The notes beneath the pieces were generated by a model. That model searched no databases and was not told where the DNA came from. It saw only the letters and a program-made list of their open reading frames with translations. The position numbers and the translations under genes are program-made. A DNA stretch of 64,000 nucleotides. Origin: the human T2T-CHM13v2.0 reference genome, Homo sapiens. Positions 1 through 30,493 of this stretch are shown in pieces. The stretch lies in NCBI RefSeq assembly GCF_009914755.1, contig NC_060931.1. The stretch is one strand, 5' to 3'. Positions within the stretch are counted from its first letter, which is position 1. Each line of letters begins with the position of its first letter.

Positions 1-2326
1 GAGATAATTTTGTTTTTAATTATGTTTTCCAAACACTGTACAGAATTACCAGACAGGATATAAACACAGGAGGTACACACAAGGCTTTAGTTCAGAGAGG
101 CTTTTCTCTCTTTGGCTTGCCCCAAAATCTGCAGGCAGAATATTTATCTGCCTATTTTTAATACACAGTCCCTTCCAGAGCACTTCAGCCAGATTTGTAG
201 AAAAATAGCTTCACAGCAGAGCAATCAGCCATTCCAGCCCCATCTTTCAATGCACTTGGCACCTTCAGACCTGAAAGTAATTCAAACACCATGGGACCCT
301 GAATCCCAAATCTTTAGCCAATGGGCTAATGTTTTGTAAATTTTATCTTTTCAAAAAACTAACTTTTCATTATGTTTCTTCTGAATTTTTGTTTTTATAT
401 TCATTTATTTCTGCTATAGTTTTTATTTTTTCCTTCTAATTTTGGGTTTGGTTTGCTCTTTTCTAGTTCTGTATGATATATCAATAGTTTATTTGGAGAT
501 TTTTTTTTAACTTTTTTTGATGTAGGCACTTACTGCTATAAACCTTCTTAGTACTTCTTTCATTGTATTCATAGTTTTGTTATGTTTTCATTTTCATTTG
601 TTTCAAGAACATTTTAAATTTTTTTCTTAAATTCCTTATTGGCCTACTAGTCATTCAGGAGCATATTTTAATTTCTCTGTGTTTGTATAGTTTCCAAAGT
701 TTTTTCTGTTAGTGATTACTAGTTTTATTCTATTATCATCAGAGAAATTACTTGATATAATCTTATTTGGGGGGAGATTATTTTAAGAGTTATTTTGTGA
801 CCTAGCTTATGGTCCATCCTTGAGAATAATCCAGGGGCTGAAGTGTAGCATTTGTATTCTGTAGCTTTTTGATGAAATGCTTTGTAAATTTCTATTAGGT
901 CTATTTGGTTCATAGTGCAGATTAAGTTCAATGTTTATTTGTTGATTTTACTATCTGGATGATCTGTCTACTGTTTAAAGTCTCTGTTGCACTGGAGTTG
1001 ATCTCTCTCTCTTTAGCTCTAATATTTGCTTCATATATCTGAGTTCTCCAATGTTAGGTGCATATAAATTTGCAGTTGTTGTATTTTCTTGCTGAATTGG
1101 CCACTTTATTATAATAACTTTGGTTGTCTCTTTTTATAGTTTTTGTCTTAAAGTCTGTTTTGTTTACCGTAGCTATTCCTCCTCTTTTTTGTTTCCATTT
1201 GCATGAAATATCTTTTTCTATCCCTTTATTTTCAGTCTTTCTGTGTCTTCATAGGTGAAGTGTGTGTCTTGTAAGAAACAAATTGTCGGGTCTTGGGTTT
1301 TTTGTTTGTTTGTTTGTTTGTTTTAACTCACTTGGCCAATTTGTGTCTTTTGATTGGGGAGTTAATTTATATTCAGTGTTGTTATTAATAAATAAAGACT
1401 TACACCTGCCATTCTGTTATCTGCTTTCTTGCTGTTTTGTGGTCTTTTCTCTCTCCTTTTCGCTCTCCCATTCATCCTTTCTTTTAGTAAAGATGATTTT
1501 TTCTAGTGGTACGTTTTAATTTTTAGATTTTATGTATGTGTGTCTATTACAGGTTTTTTATTTGAGGTTACCATGAGGCTTGCAAATAACATCTTATAAC
1601 CCATTATTTTAAACGGATGGCAACTTAACACATATTGTAAAAATGAACAAACAAGAAAGCAAAGAGAAAACTAATAAAAGCTACAGTTTATCTCCCAACT
1701 TTTTAACATTTTATTGTTTGTATTTATATCTTATACTGTCTATGTCTTAAACTTGTTGTGGTTAGTATTTTTAATAACTATAACTGCCTCAAAAGTAGAA
1801 ATATGAGTTATGGCCTTAAGGAGGTAGAGAAAGAGTTATTACTTTTCATAATTACAAGTAGTTATAGACTAATCTTTTAGTCTTCTCAAAATATGAATAG
1901 TTTACACACCACATTTATAGTACTAAAAATTTTGTCTTTGTCTGTGTCCTTCATATTACCAGTGAGTTTTGTACCACATGTTTTCTTATTGCTCATTAAT
2001 GTCCTATTCATTTAGATTGAAGAACTGCCTTTAGCATTTTTTGTGGGACAGGTCTGGGGGTGTTAATAAAATCTCTCAGCTTGTTTGTCAGTTGTTTTTG
2101 TTTTTTTTTTTTTATGGTAGAAGGATATTTTTGCTGGATGTATTATTCTAGGATAAAAGTTCTGGCCTGTAAGATTTCCATCTCCTGGTCTGTAAGATTT
2201 CCACTGATGAGTCCACTGTCAAACATATTGGTGCTTGTTTGAATGTTATTTGTTTCTTTTCTCTGCTGCTTTTAGAATCCTTTATCTTTGACCTTTGAGA
2301 GTTTTATTAAAGATCTTCAGGTAGTC

Positions 2327-2657
<331 letters not shown>

Positions 2658-4005
2658 CTATAACCTTCTTGTACTTGAATATTAATACTTTTTTTTTAGG
2701 TATGGGAAGTTCTAGTTATCCCTTTGAATAAACTTTCTACCCAGAACTTTTTCTCTACCTCCTCTTTAAGGCCATATTTCTTAGAGTTGCCCTCTTGAGG
2801 CTATTTTTTTTTTTTTTGGTCTCATCTGACTGTATCTGTTCAAATAACCTGTGTTCAAACTCACTAATTCTTATGCTTGATCAGTTCTGCTGTTGAGAGA
2901 CTCTAATGAATTCTTCAATGTCTTTTGAATTTTCAGCACCAGAATTTTTGCTAGATTCTTCAAAATTATCAATTTTATTGGATCCAGATTCTGAATTTCT
3001 TTTTCTTCTTTTTTTTTTTTGTTATTTTGAATTTTGCTGAGCTTTTTTGAATTTCCTGTCTGAAAGGTTACATATCTCTGTCTCAGGATTTGCACACTAG
3101 TGCCTTATTTAGCTCATTTAATGAGGTTGTGTTTTCCTGAATAGTCTTAATTTTTGTGAATGTTCATTGAAGTCTGGGCATTAATGAGTTAGGTATTTAT
3201 TTTAGTTTTTGCATTCTGGGCTTTTTAATACCTGTCTTTCTTAGAAAGGCTTTCCAAGTATTCAAAGGGAATTGAGTATTGTAATCTGAGTCTGATCATT
3301 GCAGTCATATCTGCATTAGGGGGCACCCCAATTTGAATAACACTGTGATGCTTGCAGACTTGTAGAGGTACCACTTTGGTGGTCATAGGTAAGATCCAAG
3401 AGAGTCTCTGGGTTACCAGGCAGACTCTTTTTCTATTTTTTTACATTCTGCCAAATAAATGGAATCTCTCTCTCTCTGCATGCTGAGCTGCCTGGAGCTG
3501 GAGTGGGTGTAACACTAGCACCCCTGTGGCCACCATCACTAGGACTACACTAAGTCAGACCCAAAGCCAGCACAGGACTGGCTCTCACATAAGGCCCACA
3601 GTGACCACTACCTAGCTACTACTGATGTTCACTCAAGACCCAAGTTCTCTTCAGTAGGTGGTGAATCCAGCCAGGCTCATGTCCTTTCCTTCAGGGCAGT
3701 GAGCTCTGGGCTGGGGGTAGCAAAATGCCTTTGGTAGCAAGAACATGGAGTCAGAAACCTTAGGAATCTACTTGGTGCTCTATTCTGTTGTGGCTTAGCT
3801 GGCACCGAGGCCATGAGACAACATCCTTCCTACTCTTTTTTCTCTTTTATCAAGCATAAGAAACCACTCCCCATGGCCACCACCACCCAGAGTCCGCAAC
3901 AAGTACTGCTAGGCTACTGCTGATATCCACTGAAGACCTAAGTGGTCTTCGGTCAGCTTGTGGTGAACTCTGCCAGGCCTGCTTCTTTTGCTTCAGGGAA
4001 GTGGG

Positions 4006-4307
<302 letters not shown>

Positions 4308-6064
4308 GGGAAGTGGGTTTTTTTTCTGACCTAGGGTGGTTCCAGAAATGTCATCCAGGAGCCAAGGCCTGAAATCAGAGACCTCAGGAGCTACCTTGTT
4401 ACGGCTACCCCACTATGGCTGAGCTGCTAATCAAGCTTCGAGACAAAGTCCCTTCTTCCCTCTCTTTTCCTCAAGCAGGAGTCTCTCCACATGGCTGCAG
4501 CAGCTTGGATTGCACTGTACTGGGTCTCACCCGCCGAAGGGCTGCAGCAAGTTACTGCTTACTGGTTACTGCTGATGTTTATTCAAGGCCCAAGGGCTCT
4601 TTACTCAGCAGGTGATGAATGCTGCCAGAACTGGTACCTTCCCTTCAAGGCAGTGTTTTCTCTTCTGGCCCAGGGTATGTCTAGAACTGTCACTCAGGAA
4701 CTAAGTCCTAGAATAGGAGCCTCAGGGCTTTTTCTGATGCCGTATTCTACTGTGGCTGAGATGATGTCCCAATTGCAGGACAAAGTTTTTATTAACTCTT
4801 CTCTCCCCTTTCCTCAAGTAGAAAGAAAGATTTTCTCCTGGAGCTGTGAACTGCACTGCCTGTGCCTAGGGTAAGGGTAATAATGCAGGCACTTTCTTGG
4901 CCATCCCAGTAGGCATCTCACAAGGTCACATGCACTTCAAGTTTTCTGGCTCTGAGCCTAGCAAAGCACCAGGATTTGCCCAGGAGTTGCAGTCCCAGTG
5001 GCTTAGACTGCCTTTCAAGTTTATTTAGAACCCCAGAGTGCTTTAGCCTATGGTGGTGGGGCTACCTGAAACTCAGGTTTTGATTACTGAAATGGACAAT
5101 TCCTCTCTGACTAGGGCTAGTCTGAGTGCTCCCTCTGTAGGCTCTGGCTGAATTCTGCCCCATGCTGCTTTCTGCTATGACAGGCAGCACTGAGTTTTAC
5201 TGCACAGTCTCACAATCACCGCACTCTCCCTTCTGTAAGCACATGGATTTTCTCTCTCTGCTGAGCTGCACTCCCAGGGAATGGAGGAGGGCTGCTGTTG
5301 GCAATTAACAGCTTTCTTTTTTACCCTCTTCACTGCCTCTTTGATTTGATGCTAAAACTAGGTCCTGCGATCACTCCCCAGAGTTTTTTGCTCTTATGAA
5401 GATGCTTCTTATTTGGATAGTCATTCTATTTGGTGTTTTATCTGGGGGATGATTGCTGGAGGGTGCTATTTAGTCATCTTGCTCCACTTCCCTTGCAGCC
5501 ATGTTGTTTGAATTAAGTGCCACATATGAGGCTAAGGTGAGCCCGGGGTCAATCACGAGCGCTTTCAGATACATTCACGAGAGGTGAGTTTAGCTTTAGT
5601 TCCAAATGAAGATCATAGAGACTGCTCTGCTTGGATTTGGTAGAGGCAGGTCAGTGTGGCCCATATTCCCATTGCTGCAGTAGAAATTTCTGGCATCTGT
5701 GGCAGAGAAAGGCAACTGAGTGATGGAAAGGGGAAACTCACATTTTGGTTTTTATGTAGGATTTTACTGGTTCTGAACCTCTCTTGTGATAAAGAACAAA
5801 GGCAGTCTTTATCTGCAATTCTAGGTCCGTCTGCCTGTGGGTGTGGTGGTTTCAGGGGAGGGAGTTTTGCTCATGCTTCAAAGGCATATTCTCAAGAAAC
5901 AGGTGTAATTTGTGCAGATAATCACACCTGGGAAGGGATCACAGAGAAGGAGAAAAAGAAAGAAATGGCTTATTCTGAGGTGAATGTGTCTCAGGTCAGA
6001 GACTGTCCAACTTTTTCTTCTGAAATATCATGTGTGTAGAACTTGCAAATGTTTACTTCTCTAC

Positions 6065-7056
6065 TGTCGGGGAACCTGCCCCCAGTCTTTCTATTTTCCA
6101 TAAGTGTCGGCCGGCTGAGAAATAAAGAGAAAGGGTACAAAAAGAGGAATTTTACTAGGCCACCAGGGGTGACATCACATATTGGTAGGACTGTGATACC
6201 CACCTGAGTCTCAGACTAGCAAGTTTTTATTAAGGGTTTCAAAAGGGGAGGGGGTGTAAAACAGGGAGTAGGTACAAAGATCACATGCTTCAAAGGGCAA
6301 AAAGCAGAACGAAGATCACATGCTTCTGAGGGAACAGGACAAAAGGCAAAACAGAACTGATAAGGGTCTGGGTTCAGCTGTGCACGTATTGTCTTGATAA
6401 ACATCTTAAACAACAGAAAACAGGTTTCAAGAGCAGAGAACCCGTCTGACCACAAATTTACCCGGGCAGAGTTTTTCCCCACCCTAGTAAGCCTGAGGGT
6501 ACTGCAGGAGACCAGGGTGTATCTCAGTCCTTATCTCAACCACACAAGACAGACACTCCCAGAGCTGCCGTTTATAGACCTCCCCCCAGGAGTGCATTCC
6601 TTTCCCAGGGTATTAATATTAATATTCCTTGCTAGGAAAAGAATTTAGCAATATCTCTCCTACTTGCATGCCTGTTTATAGGCTCTCTGCAAGAAGAAAA
6701 ATATGGCTCTTTTTGCCCGACCCCGCAGGTACTCAGACCTTATGGTTGTCTTCCCTTGTTCCCTAAAAATCACTGTTATTCTGTTCTTCTTCAAGGTGCA
6801 ATGATTTCATATTGTTTAAACACATGTTTTACAATCAGTTTGTACAGTTAACACAATTATTACAGTGGTCCTGAGGTGACATACATCCTCAGCTTACGAA
6901 GATAACAGATTAAGAGATTAAAGTAAAGACAGGCATAAGAAATTACAAAAGTATTATTTGGGAACTGATAAATGTCCAAGAAGTTTTCACAATTCATGTT
7001 CCTCTGCCGTGGCTCCAGCTGCTCCCTCCATTCAGGGTCCCTGACTTCCCGCAACA
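6065..7056 (-). mobile_element. MER11 (HERV-K/HML-8) solo LTR
   Basis: Reverse complement begins TGTTGCGGGAAGTCAGGGACCC and ends CCCCGACA. 6-bp TSD CTCTAC/CGCTAC (5/6) at 6059-6064 and 7057-7062. Homologous to the LTR at 54728-55792. Confidence 0.9.
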
Positions 7057-7482
7057 CGCTACTTGTGATGTTTTGCCTTATCAGTTTAACTCCTTTTTCA
7101 CTTTTTATTCTCATGATAGTCAAGGGGCTCTAAGAAATACTTTTTCCTTATATACCAGAGCCTTCTCCTTATTCCCTACGTCCCAGCTTTTAATAAGCCG
7201 TGAAAAAATTGTCACCATGAATTTATACCTGCAACATTACAAATGTTTCTTCTGTGGCTGTCGAACATGGAAGGGTGTGGAGACCCAAGATTCCTGTTTG
7301 AGATGGGATCAGGTCTTTGGTTATCAGTGAAGAAGGAGACCATGTACTGTTTAGCTTCCATTAAATCTATGCAAAACTGCTTATAAAAATGCACATTTAA
7401 TGAGAATGGTCTTTATTGCCCAGGATAACTCAGAAAGTTCTGAATAAAAAATAGAAGAGACTTCCTCTCTAGGATGCTAAAG

Positions 7483-9160
<1,678 letters not shown>

Positions 9161-10091
9161 GTTTAGCCAAAAATTAGAGATTACAGAACATGGGAGATAT
9201 TTGTAGCTTACATTTTGCCTAAAACTGATGTTTCTTCATGACTAGACTCAGATTGTTGACCCTTTTTTGTGTTAATGTTAATAATAGCACAGTAGTCTTG
9301 TATCCTTCTTTGTTAATCAGCACCTGATACAAATTTCTTTTAATATAGTTGATCTTAATTTATTTACTTGGTAAATACGCTTTCTGACAGATATTTTTCA
9401 CTCTACAGTTCATTATTTTTCTCTATTAATAGATACCTTGGGGAGTTTATCAAGTGATGTGCAAAAACAAGATTTAGCCATGTTTAATCTGACAGCTCTT
9501 CTTTCTTCCTACCTTCTCTTTGCATATCGCTTGCTATGGAAAATGAAGGCTCTCGTCTTTCTTTACTGGTCAAATAAACTAAAAACCTAGGCTGTGCCAC
9601 TTACTGAATTTTTGACAAAATATTCTCCTTGGGCCAGAAGCAATGATACCACTGGCAAACTTCTTACAAATTTGGAAACTCAAGCTTTACGCTAGATCTT
9701 CAGAGTCAAAATCTAGGTTTTAACAAGATCTCCTGTTCATTGCTATACACAATAAGATTTGAGAAGTATGCTTTTAACTCACCATGAAGTTTCCATATGG
9801 GAACTATAGACAGCTTTTCTTGTATTATGTAAATGTAGCATTAAGAAATGTACATGCCTGTGTTAATGTCCTTTATTTTATACTGTATCATCAAGAAAAG
9901 TATTGCACATACACTGGTTTCATGATCTTATGCCATCTTTTCTCAGAGTTAAAAATACACTAGAGAATATTTCTGTGCTAGAAAGTATCCTACTGGATAA
10001 CTCCAGTAACTCATATAAGTCAGAACCAGCTCTCTTTATTCTCATTTTACCTGATGTCAAATCAAGAATTCTTTCTATGGTCACTTGGTAA

Positions 10092-23006
<12,915 letters not shown>

Positions 23007-23119
23007 AAATGTGGAAAAGCCTTTACCAAGTCCTCATACTGTGTTCAACATCTGAAATTTAATACTGAACAAATGCAGTATAAATGTAATGACAGTGGAA
23101 GAACATTTATCATCTTAGA

Positions 23120-26100
23120 GGGTCTCTAAGAACTTACTTTATAATCTGGTTGCTTATATGTTGGGTACATATATAGCCCTTTGCTATTATGTAATGCCCT
23201 TTTTTTTTAAATCTATGTTAATTTCAAGTCTGTTTTGTCAGAAACTAGGATTGCAACCCCTGCTTCTTTTCCTGTTTTCTATTTGCTTGGTAGGCTTTTC
23301 TTTTTCCCTTTATTTTGAGCTTATTTGAGATGGGTGTCTTGATTAAAGCATACCATTAGATCTTGATTCTTTTTTCAGCTTGCCATCTGTGCTTTAATTT
23401 GGGTATTTAGCCCATTTACATTTAAGGTTAGTATTCATATGTGTGGATTGGATTCTGTTATTAGGATCTTAGCTGGCTATTTTGCACATTTGTTTCTGTG
23501 GTTGCTTTATAGTGTCCACAGTTTGTATACTTTAGTGTGCTTTTGTAGTGACTGGTAATAGTCTTTTTCTTATTTAATGCTTTCTTCAGAAGCTCTCTTA
23601 AGACAGATCCTGTGGTAACATTTTCTCAGCATTTGCTTGTCTGAATAGGATCATATATATTTTTTACTTCTGAAGCTTACCTTGGTCAGATATGAAATTA
23701 TGTGTTGGAATTCTTTTTTTAAGAATGTTGAATATTGGCCCCTATAATATCTTTTGACTTGTAGGATTTCAGCTGAAAGATTTGTTGTTTTCCTGATGAG
23801 CTTCTTTTTAGAGGTGACCTGGCCTTTCTCTCTAGCTGCTTTTAACATATTTTTTCTTTCATTTTGACCCTGGAGAATCTCATGATTATGTGTCTTGAGG
23901 ATGACCTTCTCCTGGGGTATCTTACTGGGGTTCTCCACATTTCCTGCATTTGAATGTTGGCCTCTCTAGGTTGGGGAAGTTCTCATGGATGTTATCCTGA
24001 AATACGTATTTCAAGTTGTTTTCATTCTCCCCATCACTTTCAGGCAATCTCTTGCATCATAGATTTGGTTTCTTTACATAATCCCATATTTCTTAGAGGT
24101 TTTGTTCATTCCTCTTTATTCTTTTTTCACTGTTCTTGTCTGTCTGATTTCAGAAAGCCAGTCTTGAGGCCCTGAGATTCTTTCCTCTGCTTGGCCTATT
24201 CTGCTGTTAATATATGTGATTACATTATAAAGGTTTTGTATTGTGTTTTTCAGTTCTATCAGGTTGGCCACATTTTTTCTCCAGACTGGCTGTTTTTTCC
24301 GTCAGTTCCTGCAATTTTTTTTCCTCCCTTGCATTGGGTTGCAAATTACTTTTGTAACTCAGTGAAGTTTGTTTCTACCCATATTCTGAATTCTACTTCT
24401 GTCATCTTAGGCCTTGCTGGAAATGTAATTTGGTCATTTGGATGAAAGAAGTCACTCTGGCTTTTTGTGTTTTTATCTTTGCACTGATTGTGTCTTATCT
24501 TTGTGGGCATATCTTTGAGGTTGCTGACCTTTGGGCTTTTTTTTTTTTAATCCTATTTGATGGTCTTGAGTATTTGATTGTGGTATAAGATGGATGCAGC
24601 CAACAGGCTTTGTTCCTGGGAGGTTTTTTTTGTTTTGTTTTGTTTTGTTTTGTTTTGTTTTGTTTTGTTTGGTGGTGGTGGTGGGTGGGCAATGCTCAGC
24701 TCACAACTCAGAGGCTGCATACTCTAACTCCGGGGGACTTGTTTTGAGCCCCAACTGTGTTCTCTGGCTCCTTGAGATTTGGAGTTTGCGAGTTTGTGGG
24801 ATGAAGGTGCCATAGCTGGAGCAGAGTGCTAGTGGATATGGGATTTCTGCCTGTCTTTGGGTATTCACCTCAGTGGCAGGAGCAAAGCAGCTGGGAAGGG
24901 AGTGGGGGATACCTGCTGGAGGCTGTGTGCTGTTGCACTAAAGGTGGTGTTGGCTTGGGGCAGGATACTGGCCAGTAAAGGTTTTGATGCCTTCTCTGTG
25001 CCCCCCAAGAAAGAGTGATTGTTCAGAGTGTGGGAGGTTACCCTGTTCTCTGCACAGTGTTAGCACAAAGGCAGGGGTGGAGTTTTCTGGCTCTCTGCCC
25101 ACCAAAGTTTCATCTACAATGGCAGTTGCTGGGGGTGGCGGGGCATATTGCATTCCCATTTGCTGGTGGGGCAAGCAAAGCCAAACCTGCCTTTGCAGAC
25201 ATGTGCCAGCAAAGAAATATCAGGAGTTGCCATGGTGTCACGGGAAGCTGCAGTATGGGGAAGAAATGTGGGCTGGTGCAGTCATAGGGGCTGCCTTGCT
25301 GGAGCTCTTCATGAGTCAGGCATGTCCCTCCAGTGCAGATGCTCTGGTATGAGCTTCCAGGGTACCTGAGACTGCCCTGTAAGCAGCTGTGGCCAGACTG
25401 GGTCCCTGGGAGAGGCCAGCAGACCAAGGAGTGCTCAGTTGGACCAGCTTCTTCTGATTTGCAAGACCATCCTGCAGAAATTAGGCCCAACAGTTCCCGT
25501 AGGGCTAAAGTCTCTTATGGGAGACAGTTGAGCCTAGAGAAATGGCCATCACTGGCCACACTTTACTACAGATGCTCTTGCACCAAACCCTCTGGCCACC
25601 ACATGAGCTGGCTTGCTGCATTATCTCTTTGCTTGTCTTCTGGGGGCTGCATCTCAGAGAGATGTAGGTCAGCAATTACTCAGTGCAGCCAGCCCAGGAT
25701 GGAAGATCTTTACTTTTGGCCAAGTTAGGGGTTTACTGTCTGCTGAGGAGCAGTGGGTAGTTTGTGGGACCCATGGAGGATGGGCTGGCTTCCTCTCCTT
25801 GGGTAAACTGCAGTTTGAGGTGTGAATAAGGCACTTAGGGTTTGGGATTTTTTATTAGTCTGAGGGTAGCAAGGACAGTTGTACTGCAGAGGCCCCTGGA
25901 GGCTCTGTCCAGGGAGTTGCTAAGCTGCTACTGGCTCAATAGCTCTGGCAATGATTGGCTAGTGGCCCGGGCCTGGAGAACCTGCCTCGTGAGAATATAT
26001 GAGAACAGGCACTCACGTAACAGTCCGACCACTTCTGAAGGTCTGCTGCAGTATGCTGGGTGTCCACTACAGTTTCTAGTCACCTCAGATTTTCCAGTAC

Positions 26101-27310
26101 TGGAAGTTATCACCACTGAATGCTGCAAAACAGCAACAATGGCAGCATGCCCTTTTCTCTGGGAGCGCCATCCCAGGGAGGTATAGACCTGTTGCCAGCC
26201 CAAAAGCACCTGTAGGAGGTAGCTGGAAGCCCCTGTTGAAGGTCCTACCCAGTGAGGAAAACATGATTGGGGACCCACTTAAGAAAGCAGTCTAGCCATA
26301 TTTTTGCAGGACAGCTCTGCTATTCAGAGGTACCACTTCCACCCCCAGTTTATTTGGATTCTCCAAAGCCAGAAGGCTGGAACAGCTAACTCACACAAAC
26401 AGCAAAAATGGCAGCTCACTCCTCCCTCTAGGAACTGTATCCCAAAGAGGTTTCAAAACTCCATCAACCAAAGAGCGCTGGTGGTGGTAGCTGGAGACCC
26501 TCATTGGGAAGTACTTTCCAGTGAGAAGGAATGAAACGGGGGACCTGCTTTAACAGGCAGTCTGGCCATGTCTTTTTAGAGCACCTGTACTGTGCTAGGA
26601 GATCCTTTCCGCCCCCCGGTCAGCTTGGGCTCTTCAAAGCCTGAAGGCTGGAATGGCTAAGTTGCTCAAGCAGCAAAGATGGTGGCCCACTCCTCTTTCT
26701 GGTAGCTCCATCCCAGGGAGGTGCAGTGCTGCTACCAATGGTTGGCTGGAATCTAAGCCAGTAGGTCTTACCACGTGAGGCATTGTTGAAGTGGGTCCTA
26801 CAGACCATCACTATCAGCCCCCTGGATTCTGCCTCTTTCCTATGGGTATGTTCAGGGGTGTAACCTGCTTTGCTCGAGTTGCAGCTACTTTTTCTGGGAA
26901 GCCTGGAAAGCCAGTATCTAAGGCTCTTGAATCTGCGCAGGCCTAAGTGGCTTATCTGCTGAGACTCCATGTAGCTCTGTGTGTTAAACTGAAGGCCTTG
27001 GTGAAGTGGGTTCATGAGGGTATCTCCTCACCTGAAGGTTGCAGAGATCTGTGGGAGAATCATGGGTTTCTAGGGTCACACATGCACTCACTGCTTTACT
27101 GGGTGGGGAGGTTCCCTTGGCTCCATGTTGTTCCCAGGTGGCCCATTGTCCTGCCTTGCTTTACTCCATTCTCCATAGATTGTTTCTTTGATTATTCCCA
27201 ATGCAAGTACCTGGATGTTTCAGTTGCAGGTGCTGTATTTATGTATACCTTGCATTCCTGTCTATGAGAACTGCACAGTCTAGCTGCTTCTAGTCAGCAA
27301 TCTCGATCAC
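23120..27310 (-). mobile_element. L1 (L1PB/old L1PA-type) 5'UTR + ORF1 + first part of ORF2, 3'-deleted, inside the ZNF 3'UTR
   Basis: Minus ORF 23651-23938 (KNMLKAAREKGQVTSKKKLIRKTTNLSAEILQ) is the L1 ORF1 C-terminal motif. gtctctaagaacttac at ~23123 is the antisense EN region. Repetitive 5'UTR spans 24700-27300 and ends ctagctgcttctagtcagcaatc. Confidence 0.88.
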
Positions 27311-27319
27311 TTTTCTCTA

Positions 27320-28200
27320 AAGGGAACCTACTTTTTTATATTAAAAGGATTCAATATTTTTCAAAAGCAAATTTCAATGTAATTTAACTCTTACATTTGA
27401 TGCTGTGTCTTCATTTCTAGAATTTATGTGAAAGAACATGGTCAGTGGTTGCACCAGAGTTGTGAGAGGTTCTTCTATATTAGATGGACAGATTTATATA
27501 CTTTTCCATGGAGGATTAAGTAAACTGAAACCTAAGACACACGAAGAAATTCTAAGTGGAAAGGCCACTTATTAGTTAGTTTACAGCAGTATCGTAAGTG
27601 ACAGGATGATAGGAGTGTGGTAAGTGATCAGGATAATAATCTGCTTAGTAAGAGAAACAATTTGAATTTTAGAAGGAAATTGCCTTACCATTTGCAAATT
27701 AAGGTAATTAAAATACAGTGAATTTCAAAATGCCTTTTTAATGACAATGTGTGAACTTAATTTGTTTTAATAAACCAAAATTGTTGTTATTGTGTTAAGG
27801 CTATTTTACATTGAATGTGTATCTTGCCACTGATGTTAACTTATCCCATCTTACCCAAGGTTGTAGGTAACAATATACTATTGGGTGACAGTGGACTAAC
27901 ATCTCTAGTGATCCCTTTGTCAGTGGTCTTTAACTTAAAATAATTTAGAGAATATGGTTTCTACAACTTACATTTTTGTTTTCTTGTAACTACAGATTAT
28001 TATGATGGTTGTAATGAAGATTATGAGTATAATTGGAGCTATATGTTTCTGAATTCTGAACAACTATTTATAAAATTTTATCCTACTTTTTTCTGTTGAA
28101 CATATGACTTCTCTGGTCTGCTAAACACATACAGACCTTTAGTTTTGGTTTACATGGATTTAAATATATAGATATATCACTGTAAAATAAACTTCAGGTG
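27320..28200 (+). other. Native ZNF91-subfamily-type 3'UTR segment with candidate polyA signals (AATAAA 27769-27774, 28186-28191)
   Basis: AT-rich block (caaaagcaaatttcaatgtaatttaactct...tgtgaaagaacatggtcagtggttgc...ctaagtggaaaggcc) resembling, from memory, the shared 3'UTR of this ZNF subfamily. Hexamers seen directly. Confidence 0.55.
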
Positions 28201-28968
28201 TAACAGATTTATAGAGAAAGTAATCATATTTGTTTATGGTTGTGTACCTACTTTGAGAAGAAAAGAAAAATATTAGAATGAACAGATAATTTTACAAGTG
28301 TTGATCACTTACCAGCAAACCAGAAACTTCAGAGATTTTGAAAGCAAATCTATTTTCTCTGCTGTGTATTAAATTCATTTATCTAAAATGTTATTGCTCC
28401 TGGCTTAGAATCATCTTGTGCAAATTCTCTTTTTTTGTTGTTTGTCTGTTTGCCTGTTGCTCACCATAGACATAATTTTCTTTTCATAAAACATTCTTTG
28501 TATAATCACCTCAGAGATTATGAAAGTGACTTTGATAAAATTTAATGGTGTTCACAAAATAATTTTCACGTGAGTAATTTCACAGTGCGTGTATTGTATG
28601 TTATTTAGTGTATTTTATATTTTGTTTCAATTAGAGAATGCTATTGAATCCAGTTTTTGTTTAGTTACTGTTCATTTTACTTTATAAAATTGACATAATT
28701 GAGTTTATTAAATTTATTGGGCCAATTTAAGTAAACAGTTGAACGTTTCATAAGTCATGAGGTCTTTTTGGCATATACATGAAGTAAACAAAGACAATAC
28801 TAGCTATGTAATAGAAGCTACATAATTAGAAGTAAATATTCTTTTTGAAATTGGCCTGTGGTCTCAGGTGAAAAATGGAAAATATCTATAGTAAAAAAAA
28901 TGACATTAATTCTGCATATGAAGAGAGCATAATTGTACCCATGCCACACAATTGACTCACAATTGAAA

Positions 28969-30077
<1,109 letters not shown>

Positions 30078-30487
30078 AGAGCAAGTAAATGAATCTATTT
30101 CAGTTTTTGTGGGTAATTTAGCCAGTAAATTTAATCTTATTTCTTTAATCTTTAAGTTTTACTACTGAAGGCCAGAATAGATTTTTTTCTCTTAAATTTT
30201 TGGCAAGTATAAAAGCACATTCAGAATGTCACTTTCATAGATACTATGAATATCAATTGTCAAGTGTGTTGATTTCTAAGATAAAATATTTGAGAATTAA
30301 TATTACCCAACTTGTCCAATAAAATGTTTTTAAGTTGCCTATTTTTTAAAAAATCTATCAATTTTGAATTGCATACCTAGCTAAATTTTTTTAAGATTGA
30401 GGATAATATGTAAAATAATTTATACAAGTAATATAAACTAAGTTTACTTAAATTATTTACTTATTTAAGAAATCTAATTACATTTTA

Positions 30488-30493
30488 AATAAA
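30488..30493 (+). terminator. Candidate polyadenylation signal AATAAA (second candidate at 30318-30323)
   Basis: AATAAA followed ~20-40 nt later by GT/T-rich sequence (tatttgtgtagcatttttttt). Usage not shown. Confidence 0.45.

Noticed and set aside
1775-1800. TAACTATAAC...AAAAGTAG resembling an rRNA homing-endonuclease (I-CeuI) site, within a short segment with 8-bp inverted ends
   Set aside because: Only 10 AT-rich bases match and there is no rRNA context. Expected by chance.
24900-27270. Cluster of 70-131 aa ORFs and ~270-bp subrepeats
   Set aside because: These lie within an L1 5'UTR, whose GC content and internal tandem units explain both.
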